A stretch of 64,000 nucleotides of DNA from a virus (taxonomy: Duplodnaviria > Caudoviricetes): the IMG/VR virus record IMGVR_UViG_3300032038_000069, positions 4,184 to 68,183 of that record. The stretch is one strand, 5' to 3'. The position numbers were made by a program, and so were the translations under genes. Positions 45,155 to 54,778 of the stretch are shown piece by piece; the first letter of the stretch is position 1; the number at the start of each line of letters is the position of its first letter. The notes under the pieces were generated by a model. That model did not search any database, was not told the origin of the DNA, and saw only the letters and a program-made list of their open reading frames with translations.

Positions 45155-47551
45155 ATGGCATATAATGCAATAGGAGGGTTTCCTCCTCAACAACTATCTT
45201 TTAGCAGGAAGAATAAGGTGTGGCGCCGTAAATGTGTAGATTTCGGTGATGATCACAGCCTTCTTCACTATCACTTGACAAGGAAATCAGTCTTTGCCAT
45301 GAAGATAAACTATGACCTGCTGAATGGTAAGCTTCACATGCCAGACCTCCGTAAGTTATTGAATCCCTATGATTTGGATGCTTCTTTTATTCCAGATAAC
45401 ATACAGCATTACTCAGTGATTAATGCCAAGCTTGGAGTGCTTCGAGGCGAGGAGAGTGACAGGCTGTTTGACTTCAGGGTAATAGTAACTAATCCCCTTG
45501 CAGTATCAGAGGTAGAGGAGACCAAGAATCAGGAGGTAAATGCCAGACTGCAGCAATTGATAGCAGACACCTCTCAGAGTGAGGAGGATTTCAACCGAGA
45601 GCTGGAGAAGTTGTCAGACTATTTCCAGTATGAGTATCAGGATAAGAGGGAGATAAGGGCTAACATGCTGCTTCAGCACTATATGAAGGAGCAGGATGTG
45701 GAGCAGCTGTTCAACAAGGGGTTCATTGATGCCTATACAGTTGGAGAGGAAGCCTATCAGTGCGATATTGTAGGAGGAGAGCCTGTAATAGAGAAGATAG
45801 ACCCCATGAAGATGCGGGTTATCAGAAGTGGCTACTCTAACAAGATAGAGGATGCAGACATGATTATCCTTGAGGACTATTGGAGTCCTGGCAAGGTAGT
45901 GGATGTATTCTGGGACCAGTTGAGCAAGAAAGACATAGAGGCCATAGAGAATGCTCCAGACAACCTAGGCAGCAGCTATGCAGACAGCATGGACAATATA
46001 GACCCGAGATATGGTTTTGTGCCTAACTGGACATTGGACTGGACAGCAGGAGATAGCTTGATTAATCCTATGGAGCTGTTTGACCATCATCTTGACAGCT
46101 CTCTCCTACCCTATGACATGAATGGTAATGTGAGGGTACTGAGGGTATACTGGAAGTCAAGGAGGAAAATCAAGAAAGTGAAGAGTTATGACCCAGAGAC
46201 AGGAGAAGAGCAGTTTAACTTTTACCCTGAGACCTACCACTGTGACCCTATGAAGGGAGAGGAGGAGCAGGCATTCTGGGTTAATGAGGCATGGGAAGGC
46301 ACTAAGATTGGAGAAGATATCTATGTGAACATGAGACCCAGGCCTGTGCAGTATAACAGGCTGAGCAGTCCTTCCAGATGTCACTTTGGTATCATAGGAA
46401 GCATCTACAATATCAATGGAGATGAGCCTTACAGTCTGGTAGATATCATGAAGCCCTATGCTTATCTGTATGATGTCATCCATGACAGGCTGAATAAGAC
46501 CCTTGCCAAGAATCTGGGTAAGATAGTCAGGATGGACTTTGCCAAGGTGCCTAAGGGTTGGGATGTAGACAAGTGGATGTACTATATCCAAGTAAACAAT
46601 ATTGCAGCAGAGGACAGCTTCAAGGAGGGAGATATAGGCAGGAGCACTGGAGTCATGGCAGGAGCTATGAACAATGCTACCAATGGAGTGATAGATGCCT
46701 CCTTAGGCAATGAGATACAGCAGTATATCAGTCTGCTGGAATGGATTAGCACTAAGATAGGAGAGCTATCAGGTATCAGCAGGCAAAGAGAGGGACAGAT
46801 TAGTAATAGGGAGACTGTGGGAGGAGTAGAGAGAGCTACCCTTCAGAGTTCTCATATTACCAAGTGGCTGTTCTTTATCCATGACAGTGTAAAGAAGAGA
46901 GCCTTAGAGTGTTTCCTTGAGACAGCTAAGATAGCCTTGAAAGGCAGGAAGAAGAAGTTTGAGTATATCCTTTCCAATGGAGCCAGAACCATCACGGAGA
47001 TAGATGGTGATGAGTTTGCAGAATGTGACTATGGTCTGGTGGTAGACAACAGCAATGGTACACAGGAGCTTAACCAGAAACTTGAAATGCTTGCTCAGGC
47101 AGCTTTGCAGAACCAGCTGCTTGATTTCTCTACCATCATGAAGCTCTATACTACAGTATCTACCTCAGAGAAACAGAGGATGGTAGAAGCTAATGAGCGC
47201 AGGGCAAGAGACATGCAGCAGCAACAGCAGCAAGAGCAGATGCAGATACAGCAGCAGCAGATACAGATGCAGGCACAGTTAGAACAGCAGAAACAGCAGA
47301 TGGAGTATCAGATGCATCAGGAGGACAATGAGACCAAGCTGCTTGTTGCACAGATTAATAGTCAGGCTGAAGCACAGAGGTTTGCCATGATGAACCATGA
47401 TAATGATGAGGCTAATACTCTTGAGAGGGAGAAACTTGCAGAGAATGCCCGTCAATTCAATGAGAAGCTGGCTTTAGACAGGCAGAAGCAGAAAGATGAT
47501 GCAAGGTTGAAGGAAAAACAGATTAACAAGACAGCAGCTAAGAAGTCATGA
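45155..47551 (+). CDS. Portal protein, crAss-like
   Basis: 798 aa with FPPQ.L...K...W, YDL.NG, HYS.IN.K...L.GE, EAWEGTKIG, ETVGGVER and Gln-rich coiled-coil C-terminus, as recalled for crAss-like portals. Confidence 0.85.
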   Translation: MAYNAIGGFPPQQLSFSRKNKVWRRKCVDFGDDHSLLHYHLTRKSVFAMKINYDLLNGKLHMPDLRKLLNPYDLDASFIPDNIQHYSVINAKLGVLRGEESDRLFDFRVIVTNPLAVSEVEETKNQEVNARLQQLIADTSQSEEDFNRELEKLSDYFQYEYQDKREIRANMLLQHYMKEQDVEQLFNKGFIDAYTVGEEAYQCDIVGGEPVIEKIDPMKMRVIRSGYSNKIEDADMIILEDYWSPGKVVDVFWDQLSKKDIEAIENAPDNLGSSYADSMDNIDPRYGFVPNWTLDWTAGDSLINPMELFDHHLDSSLLPYDMNGNVRVLRVYWKSRRKIKKVKSYDPETGEEQFNFYPETYHCDPMKGEEEQAFWVNEAWEGTKIGEDIYVNMRPRPVQYNRLSSPSRCHFGIIGSIYNINGDEPYSLVDIMKPYAYLYDVIHDRLNKTLAKNLGKIVRMDFAKVPKGWDVDKWMYYIQVNNIAAEDSFKEGDIGRSTGVMAGAMNNATNGVIDASLGNEIQQYISLLEWISTKIGELSGISRQREGQISNRETVGGVERATLQSSHITKWLFFIHDSVKKRALECFLETAKIALKGRKKKFEYILSNGARTITEIDGDEFAECDYGLVVDNSNGTQELNQKLEMLAQAALQNQLLDFSTIMKLYTTVSTSEKQRMVEANERRARDMQQQQQQEQMQIQQQQIQMQAQLEQQKQQMEYQMHQEDNETKLLVAQINSQAEAQRFAMMNHDNDEANTLEREKLAENARQFNEKLALDRQKQKDDARLKEKQINKTAAKKS

Positions 47552-47787
47552 AACAGAAGGCAATATATGAGATAGGAATGCTGGAGCAGAATCTCCAAGA
47601 GAGGTTGCTAAAGAATTATTTTCTAGCCTCCAACAGAGCCAAGTGGGGTCATGTGTCGAGTGATTGTTTTTGGGCTCATCAAGCTATGGCAGGGATACTG
47701 ATGGAAGCATTACCTATGTCCCGTTATGTCAGTCCTAAGATGTATGATGCATTGTATAATATCTATTTAAAATTGAGTGTGAAGTAA
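47548..47787 (+). CDS. Hypothetical protein
   Basis: Coupled to the portal stop. Confidence 0.6.
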   Translation: MKQKAIYEIGMLEQNLQERLLKNYFLASNRAKWGHVSSDCFWAHQAMAGILMEALPMSRYVSPKMYDALYNIYLKLSVK

Positions 47788-48299
47788 TGGAAAGTTCAAA
47801 GTGCTTTAAGACAACTACTATAGACCAGTGCCTTGAGGAGATATCTCCTGAGGTTATCTATATGCTGATACCTGCTGAGTGGGCCTGTATTTACCAGAAG
47901 TTGCTGGTAGCCATAGCAGAGTTTGGAGAACAGATGTTGGCAGAGTGCAGTGCCTCCTGTAAGTCAAGTAACAGGAGCCTTATTAACTGCTGGTATATGT
48001 TTGCCTCGGCAGTAGCAGCCCATCAGTTAGGTAAGGACAAGCTGGCAGATACTTTGATAAAGTATATCAAAGGCCAGCTGAAGATTATCTATAAGAACAA
48101 CCACTGTGCGGAGTTTGACAGTATGGTTCCCCTGCCTATCAGCTGTGATGGTAAGCTTAGGGCATTCATAGGCTGTGACAATGAGACTAAGTTCTATGTG
48201 GATCTGGAAACAGGCAAGCTGTATGAGCAGTATCTGGAGGAAGAAGGGTCGAAGGAAGACTTTGAAGTAAGTGACAATCAATTAAATTACACTAAATAG
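47787..48299 (+). CDS. Hypothetical structural-module protein
   Basis: 170 aa, coupled ORF. Confidence 0.65.
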   Translation: MESSKCFKTTTIDQCLEEISPEVIYMLIPAEWACIYQKLLVAIAEFGEQMLAECSASCKSSNRSLINCWYMFASAVAAHQLGKDKLADTLIKYIKGQLKIIYKNNHCAEFDSMVPLPISCDGKLRAFIGCDNETKFYVDLETGKLYEQYLEEEGSKEDFEVSDNQLNYTK

Positions 48300-48300
48300 T

Positions 48301-49917
48301 ATGGGAAAGAATTGTAACCAGCAGCTAGAGCCTTCAGGAGTAATACTGGGTAAGTCAACCCGAGTATTAGGAAAGGTAGTACTGACTCCAGAGGGTTCAT
48401 ATGATGCCACAAGGGACTATGACTATCTGTGCCTTGTATATGATGAGTTTACCAAGTCATCTTTTATCTCGAAGAAGCAGGTTCCAGCAGGTACTCCATT
48501 GAGCAATGATGAGTACTGGCAGCCTATCAATAACAACAGTGAGGTCAGTACTTTCAGTACCCAGCTGATAAGCTTGAATAATATAGGCTCTCCTAGCAGG
48601 GATAGTATTCTGGTGTGGGATACAACTAATAACACCTTTGAGTGGGTGGATAAGCCTTATAGCAAGGCAGAGGTAGACAATAAGTTTGATGATGTGCAGT
48701 CTACTTTGGATTTTGATTCTACCCCTACAGCAGGAAGCCTCAATCCTGTAACATCGGATGGTATCAAGAGGTATGTGGACGCGCATCAGCCAGATTTAAG
48801 CGGAAAACAAGATGTGATTTCTGACCTTGCCGCTATCAGAAGCGGAGCGGCTTTAGGGACAACTGCAGTACAGACTGAGACTGACCCGACCGTTCCTGCT
48901 TGGGCAAAGACAAGCACTAAGCCAAGCTACACAGCACAAGAGGTTGGCGCATTGCCTGCTGATACTCAGTTTATGAACATCAATGGTGCTAATGTTAAGA
49001 GCAACAACAGTATTAATGTTTACACTCAAACAGCTGCTGACAGCAGGTTTGCCTCTAAGACGGAGCTTAGTGGTTATGCTACAGAAACTTATGTGAATAA
49101 TGCCCTTGTCAATGTGGTGTATGCTGGTGAGGATGTAGGTAGTGCCAACTCAGAAGGTGACGGTGAAGGTAGTGGAGATGTGACCCCATCGGGAGATTAT
49201 GTTACTACTTCTGATTTTAATGCGGCAATGCTTACAAAGGCTAATGATAATGCTGTAGTACATAAGACAGGTTCTGAGACTATTAGTGGTGAAAAGAATT
49301 TCAATGACAGAATACTACTTCACTCTACTATAGCTAGAGAACAAGAGCCTGTAGAGGGGGAAGAACAAACAAATACCACTGAAGATACAGTATTATCTGG
49401 AAGCTACATTTATCACCAAGGGCATGCTGACTTTAGTTGGATTACAACCAGTGTAGATGAAGAAGTAGATGTAGATGATAGTATCAGTCTGCAGAGTGCT
49501 CTTGATAAAAAAGTAAGCACTTCCAGCAATAGGCTTCTTCCTGCAGTCACTTCTGCTAATAATAATAAGATACTGAAAGTAGTTAATGGTACATGGACAC
49601 TAGCTGATGACGCTACTAGTGCTGGAGGAAGTGGAGTTGATTCTACAGCTGTGCATCAGACAGGAAATGAGACTGTAGATGGTGTAAAGAGACTAATAGG
49701 AACTTTGGCTGTAGAAGATGGTAGAGGTGGCCAGATTAGTTGTACAGACTTAGATAATTTTGATTGGATTGTAGTAAGAGGAGGTACTACTCTACAAAGT
49801 GTTCTTACTGCAATGACAAATAGAATAGCAGCTCTTGAGACTAAGTTAGCTAGTATATACTCTTATGATTCTAGTACAAATACTCTAACAATCAATGACC
49901 CTAATGGCAACTCTTGA
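48301..49917 (+). CDS. Tail fibre-like protein
   Basis: Thr/Ser/Gly-rich; ETDPTVPAWAK and VHKTGSETISG.K fibre-type repeats. Confidence 0.65.
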   Translation: MGKNCNQQLEPSGVILGKSTRVLGKVVLTPEGSYDATRDYDYLCLVYDEFTKSSFISKKQVPAGTPLSNDEYWQPINNNSEVSTFSTQLISLNNIGSPSRDSILVWDTTNNTFEWVDKPYSKAEVDNKFDDVQSTLDFDSTPTAGSLNPVTSDGIKRYVDAHQPDLSGKQDVISDLAAIRSGAALGTTAVQTETDPTVPAWAKTSTKPSYTAQEVGALPADTQFMNINGANVKSNNSINVYTQTAADSRFASKTELSGYATETYVNNALVNVVYAGEDVGSANSEGDGEGSGDVTPSGDYVTTSDFNAAMLTKANDNAVVHKTGSETISGEKNFNDRILLHSTIAREQEPVEGEEQTNTTEDTVLSGSYIYHQGHADFSWITTSVDEEVDVDDSISLQSALDKKVSTSSNRLLPAVTSANNNKILKVVNGTWTLADDATSAGGSGVDSTAVHQTGNETVDGVKRLIGTLAVEDGRGGQISCTDLDNFDWIVVRGGTTLQSVLTAMTNRIAALETKLASIYSYDSSTNTLTINDPNGNS

Positions 49918-51329
49918 TGGCTAAGATTGATAACTTGAAATATGGCAGTAATACTGTAGATTATCTGCAGTTTGACAGCAATGAGGTAAATACCTTGGTG
50001 TTGCCAAATGGGGATTATTGGGAGAAGGAGACTTTGGCTCCCAGTTTTGAGTTGAGCATCTATGGAGTAGATACTGATGGTAACTTTTTTATAGATAAGA
50101 GTTTTACAGCATCTGGTGTTAAACCTGCAGAAACTTCTAATCTTAAAGTATGTCTTAGTAGTCCTTCATCTATTGTATTACATATTAAAGGAGAAAATTA
50201 TGGTGATGCTTTAGTATCGAGTTATTACTCTGCTAATGGTTATACTGACACAGGTTTGGGGATACATTCTACTGGAGACCATTATCAAACTTGGAAGTGG
50301 GCTTCTATTGATAATAAAATGATTGTATTCAATAGAGCAAATGGTTTGGGGAACTGGCAAGGTGGCTATTCTAACGAGAACTATGTCTATCCTGGATTTA
50401 TGTACTCTAAAAAGGACGGGCTAACATTAGAGTCTGATGGTGAATACCATGTTTCAAACTCTAGTAATCCAAGTTTGGCAGGAGATTATTATTTGAAGAT
50501 ATATACTACAATTAATGAGAATGTCATTAATCTGGTAAGACCCTACATGTCAATGAAAGTAGTCAGAGTGCCTTCTGCAGGGTATTCTAGTCAGGCTAAA
50601 TTTATGACATTCCCCTATACTTTTGATTCTCCAACATATATAGATGATCCCTATTTTCTGCTGCTTAAACAGGGAACTTCTGGTATAACATATACAGATT
50701 TTTCTTCAACAAGCATTAGTAATTCAGAGCTATCATTAAGAGCGGTTAAAGATGGAACTTTGGACTACCATATCAACTATACTATTGAACCCAATAATAC
50801 AGATAGTTTAAGGGAGTGGTCAATTCTTTCTGTATATGGAGATGAAAATCTTTCCAATATTACCAGTAATCTATCATATAATCAGAAGAAGGTAATCATA
50901 AACTACCTGAATGATGGAGCAAGGTATTTGTACCCTTGCTGTATGCTACATTTTATTCAGGAAACTCCAGCTCTTAATAGAGTGTATTATGGACTATCTT
51001 TCCAGCATAATTACAGCAATTTTGATGACATTTATAATAATACTTTGTCTACAAATGCTTCTTATAATACCTTTTTTGAGACTTGCAGTAGTAAGATAAT
51101 AACAGCCAGAGACCCTCATATTACTCTTGAAATAGGTTATAACAGAGAATATATGGCATGGGCTAATGATGCTGAGTACTATCCAGATTTAACTTCTCTT
51201 ACATATACACAAGTATCTGATAATTATATATGGGGGGATAAGAGCTATACCATTATTCAGATTAATGGAAACAGTTTTAATCGTATTACTCGTACTAAGA
51301 TTAATTTTAATAGGAGGACTGCTTCATGA
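49914..51329 (+). CDS. Hypothetical beta-rich virion protein
   Basis: Tyr/Ser/Asn-rich 471 aa in the tail block. Confidence 0.55.
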   Translation: MMAKIDNLKYGSNTVDYLQFDSNEVNTLVLPNGDYWEKETLAPSFELSIYGVDTDGNFFIDKSFTASGVKPAETSNLKVCLSSPSSIVLHIKGENYGDALVSSYYSANGYTDTGLGIHSTGDHYQTWKWASIDNKMIVFNRANGLGNWQGGYSNENYVYPGFMYSKKDGLTLESDGEYHVSNSSNPSLAGDYYLKIYTTINENVINLVRPYMSMKVVRVPSAGYSSQAKFMTFPYTFDSPTYIDDPYFLLLKQGTSGITYTDFSSTSISNSELSLRAVKDGTLDYHINYTIEPNNTDSLREWSILSVYGDENLSNITSNLSYNQKKVIINYLNDGARYLYPCCMLHFIQETPALNRVYYGLSFQHNYSNFDDIYNNTLSTNASYNTFFETCSSKIITARDPHITLEIGYNREYMAWANDAEYYPDLTSLTYTQVSDNYIWGDKSYTIIQINGNSFNRITRTKINFNRRTAS

Positions 51330-52279
51330 GATTTGCTAATAACTATACTCTTGCTGGAGCTACAGCTCTGATGTACAACATCACACTGTCTGATTACTTT
51401 ACAGGAGGCAATAATAGTCATGATAACCTGCCTATCAAAAGTACCTACTCTGGGATGACAGATATTGGCTTGCGTTATAAGAAATCTACAGAGTCAGATT
51501 TTATCTATGTATCGGTAAAAAATACTAAGGCAGGAAATATTACCAGTACTAACTGTATCAATAATGGTAGTGGTGAGCATAAAACAGCTTCTGGAAGTGA
51601 GACTATAGCAGATTCTAATATGGGAAGTAACTATGTCTGCATCAGATATACTCCTTATAAGGGACACATTTATCCTTGTAAAGTAATGATTATGGGACTA
51701 GATGTAAATACTTCCTATGACATTGAGGGATATTATAAACTGGGAGGTGATCCTATAGGATTTCATTCCCAGACTATTTCCACATTAGCTACTTCCGCAA
51801 ACATGTCTTATCCAACATTAATTTGGGGTTCTGAGGTTCCTGCTGATGTAAAAGCAAGCTTAGAGCAGAAGTTTACAAATGCTGTAAATGCTACTGTTGA
51901 CTGCATTAATATGTGGCATGCTACATCTGTATCCTTTTCTCCGAGTGTAAGATATGAAAATAGTACTAGCAGTGCTAATGATGCTTATTCAATGAATGCG
52001 GGCTATAACAACCCTGTATCTGGCTTAACAGCAGAGACAAAGACAGAAAACAGTTGGCGAAGCACCCTTGTTCATGAGTTGGCCCATAACCAGATTCCAG
52101 TTAACTTGAATATTCCTGATAAGCTGGTTAAGTTTATGGAGTTTGCTACTGATATAGAAGGGGCAGAATGGAAATGGATGGGTAATGTATCTGGAATTCA
52201 TAACTATCCAGTTATCAGTAGTGCAGAATATACTTTTATTGAGGACTGTTTGGTAGTAGCTGCTTGTCAGCTAATGTAA
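51326..52279 (+). CDS. Virion protein with C-terminal zincin (HExxH) domain
   Basis: TLVHELAHNQ. Confidence 0.6.
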   Translation: MRFANNYTLAGATALMYNITLSDYFTGGNNSHDNLPIKSTYSGMTDIGLRYKKSTESDFIYVSVKNTKAGNITSTNCINNGSGEHKTASGSETIADSNMGSNYVCIRYTPYKGHIYPCKVMIMGLDVNTSYDIEGYYKLGGDPIGFHSQTISTLATSANMSYPTLIWGSEVPADVKASLEQKFTNAVNATVDCINMWHATSVSFSPSVRYENSTSSANDAYSMNAGYNNPVSGLTAETKTENSWRSTLVHELAHNQIPVNLNIPDKLVKFMEFATDIEGAEWKWMGNVSGIHNYPVISSAEYTFIEDCLVVAACQLM

Positions 52280-52304
52280 AATAACAATTAAAAACTAGAA
52301 TATT

Positions 52305-52568
52305 ATGGAAGGAATTTTAAAAGGACATTTGGTATGGATATTCGGAGCTATATTTATGGCTTTTATCCTTTGCTTTATGACGAGGAATATGCCTAATGAG
52401 ACAGCAGCTGGATGGTTTGTCACTGTGTTTGGTTGTCTATTCGCTGGGGTACTTCAGGGCTGGCATCATGCTAAGTATGAAACTGAGAGCTATGATTGGT
52501 TTAATGTAGGTCTGGCTTCTGTGATTTTCATCTTTGCTGGTGTTATAAGGGCTTTTGCAGAGTTTTAA
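52305..52568 (+). CDS. Three-TM membrane protein
   Basis: Three hydrophobic segments. Confidence 0.65.
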   Translation: MEGILKGHLVWIFGAIFMAFILCFMTRNMPNETAAGWFVTVFGCLFAGVLQGWHHAKYETESYDWFNVGLASVIFIFAGVIRAFAEF

Positions 52569-52570
52569 CT

Positions 52571-52589
52571 GATGCTGCAAAACAGCATC
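52571..52589. repeat. 19-bp intergenic inverted repeat (family copy 6)
   Basis: GATGCTG-CAAAA-CAGCATC. Confidence 0.85.
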
Positions 52590-52621
52590 TTACAATAAAA
52601 AGATTAAAAAATATAAAAAGT

Positions 52622-52870
52622 ATGAGAAGAATACGAGATATACTGTTCCAGCATGAGAAACTCCACTATACAGGGTTTCTATGGGCAAAACCAGAGGGTG
52701 ACTCTGCTAAGTTACTTATTTATAACAATGGAGAATGGGTAGACCTTATAGGAGGTGCAGATAATACTCCTGAGATTAATGCTCTTGAGGTTAAGGTTCA
52801 GGCATTAGAGGATTTTAAAATAGTGGTAGAGAACTACATGGATAATGAGGGTATATACTATGCCCAGTAA
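52622..52870 (+). CDS. WAKPEGD-family protein, paralog 1
   Basis: N-terminal ~45 aa shared with 52895..53362. Confidence 0.7.
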   Translation: MRRIRDILFQHEKLHYTGFLWAKPEGDSAKLLIYNNGEWVDLIGGADNTPEINALEVKVQALEDFKIVVENYMDNEGIYYAQ

Positions 52871-52894
52871 TATTGAATAAAAAATAATAAAGCT

Positions 52895-53362
52895 ATGAGA
52901 ATAAAAGACATATTGTTTCAAGCATTAGCTCCCCGCTTTAAGGGAGTGTTGTGGGCAAAACCAGAAGGTGATGCAGTGAAGTTACTCATCAATCATAATG
53001 GTGAATGGAAAGAGCTTGCGGGAGGCTCAGGTAGTGGTACATCAGGTAGTAGTACAGGATGTGATTGTGCTTATCAGGTGGTAATTAAATTAGATAATGA
53101 TGGTAATCCTACATTAATGAAAGGAGACTTTAATACTGCTTATAATAAATTAATAGTAGGGGAATATGTAGATGTTGCTGCTTATACTCTAAAGATAAAA
53201 TCAAGTGGTGTTGTAACTATTCAGTCTGAATTATTAAAGAATATTGCATGTGGTGAACGAAATGATATGAAAGTCATTGAATTAATTTTTAAGGATAGGC
53301 CACGTTATTATTGGACTGAAAGTGAACTTGCTATAGAAGATCAAGGTACTGCTGACTATTAA
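52895..53362 (+). CDS. WAKPEGD-family protein, paralog 2
   Basis: RI.DILFQ...WAKPEGD..KLLI..NGEW. Confidence 0.7.
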   Translation: MRIKDILFQALAPRFKGVLWAKPEGDAVKLLINHNGEWKELAGGSGSGTSGSSTGCDCAYQVVIKLDNDGNPTLMKGDFNTAYNKLIVGEYVDVAAYTLKIKSSGVVTIQSELLKNIACGERNDMKVIELIFKDRPRYYWTESELAIEDQGTADY

Positions 53363-53366
53363 ACCT

Positions 53367-53504
53367 ATGGAGTTTGCTACTAGTGTGCCAGGAGCAACAT
53401 GGAAATGGATGGGAACCCATAACTACCCTATTATCAGCAGTAACCACTATACTTATATAGATGATTGTCTGGTAGCAGCAGCATGTCAACTGACAAGGAA
53501 TTAA
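53367..53504 (+). pseudogene. Orphan 3' end of a homolog of the 51326..52279 zincin gene
   Basis: MEFATSVPGATWKWMGTHNYPIISSNHYTYIDDCLVAAACQL versus MEFATDIEGAEWKWMGNVSGIHNYPVISSAEYTFIEDCLVVAACQL. Confidence 0.85.
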
Positions 53505-53535
53505 ATAAAGTTTATTTAGATTAATAATTATAACT

Positions 53536-53838
53536 ATGAGGAAGATATATGAGAAGATAGCTGACTGGCTGGCTGACTATGGGGTGGATAAGTATCTGCA
53601 CCTGCTGGCTTGTCTGGTGATTACCTTTGTGGTGGCTGTGTTTGTGAGGACTACCTTTCATGATGATGGCTATATGAGTGCTGGCATTGGTGCTTGTGGA
53701 GCTATGATGGTAGGTTTCTTCAAAGAGTGGTGGGATAACCTCGCTACTGGGGACTTTGGGTGCAGTGACCTAGTGTTTGATGCAGTGGGATGCCTGATGG
53801 GAGCTGGAATGCTCTGTGTGTGGACTGCTGTGGTTTGA
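53536..53838 (+). CDS. Membrane protein (VanZ/DUF2279-like pattern)
   Basis: DKYLH...KEWWD...DL.FD..G with three TM segments. Confidence 0.55.
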   Translation: MRKIYEKIADWLADYGVDKYLHLLACLVITFVVAVFVRTTFHDDGYMSAGIGACGAMMVGFFKEWWDNLATGDFGCSDLVFDAVGCLMGAGMLCVWTAVV

Positions 53839-53899
53839 ATGTAGTACTACTGTAGTACTACAGCTTTATACATGACAGAAAGATATTGAGACTTTATAC

Positions 53900-54214
53900 T
53901 TGAGAGATATGATATTTGTAGGGACTGACTTGAAATTTGCCATTGATATTACTAGTGATGGCTTTGATATGACTAGGGATGACTGGACTGCTACAGTAGT
54001 ATGTGGTAAGAGGAAGGTTGTCTGTCAGCCAGACAATGGTGCTTTTCAGGGAGAAGATGATAAGTGGTATATTACCTTCAACACTTCTGATCTTGGAGCT
54101 GGGGAGTATTTTCTTATTGTAGACATTGATGTACCTGACACTGATTTTTCTGATAACCTAAGGCATGAGGTAATCAAGCTCAGTAATCCAATTTTGAATG
54201 TAGAAAAAGTATGA
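53900..54214 (+). CDS. Ig-like structural protein
   Basis: Beta-rich 104 aa, GTDLKF...G.Y pattern. Confidence 0.5.
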   Translation: MRDMIFVGTDLKFAIDITSDGFDMTRDDWTATVVCGKRKVVCQPDNGAFQGEDDKWYITFNTSDLGAGEYFLIVDIDVPDTDFSDNLRHEVIKLSNPILNVEKV

Positions 54215-54558
54215 TAAAAGGAGTTTACACAGAGACTAGTGGCTGTATCACTGTAGGCATACAGGGCTTTAGTGATAGCTCAGCAAGCTGTGAGTGGATA
54301 GATAGTAACACTACAGTAGACACTAGCTGTGTAGATAATGCTTCTGTTATAGTAGATAGTATACCTTTTGATATCAATGTTGACATCAACTGTAAGAATG
54401 ATGGCAGTGTTCACGGAACATTAGTAAGCTATAAGGTGGATGTATCAGTAGGACTTGTATGCACTGTATCTATTGGGCCTAATGGGGAACAGATGTGGTG
54501 GTGCAATGGTTATAAGGTATTATGGAATGATGGAGTACCAACATTATGGGTAAATTGA
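54211..54558 (+). CDS. Hypothetical beta-rich protein
   Basis: Coupled ORF. Confidence 0.55.
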   Translation: MIKGVYTETSGCITVGIQGFSDSSASCEWIDSNTTVDTSCVDNASVIVDSIPFDINVDINCKNDGSVHGTLVSYKVDVSVGLVCTVSIGPNGEQMWWCNGYKVLWNDGVPTLWVN

Positions 54559-54559
54559 T

Positions 54560-54766
54560 ATGGCAACAAGAGGAATAGCAATACAGGATGTAAATAACAT
54601 TCTTGACAGTAATGACATCAGGGGCACAGAGAAGATTCCTGTATCTTCAGGACAGAGTATCCCTCAGGTAGTAACCACACAGGAATTGAAAGAGTACATG
54701 AATCAAGGCATAGAAGCTGATGAGGAGTTGACTTTAGAGGAGATAGATGAATTGTTGAACTTTTAA
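54560..54766 (+). CDS. Small acidic protein
   Basis: C-terminal LTLEEIDELL resembles fibre-chaperone tails. Confidence 0.55.
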   Translation: MATRGIAIQDVNNILDSNDIRGTEKIPVSSGQSIPQVVTTQELKEYMNQGIEADEELTLEEIDELLNF

Positions 54767-54778
54767 ACTGATATAAAA

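Noticed and set aside
53850-53863. CTGTAGTACTACAG palindrome with an overlapping GTAGTACTAC repeat
   Set aside because: Single occurrence that does not fit the family consensus; no function can be supported.
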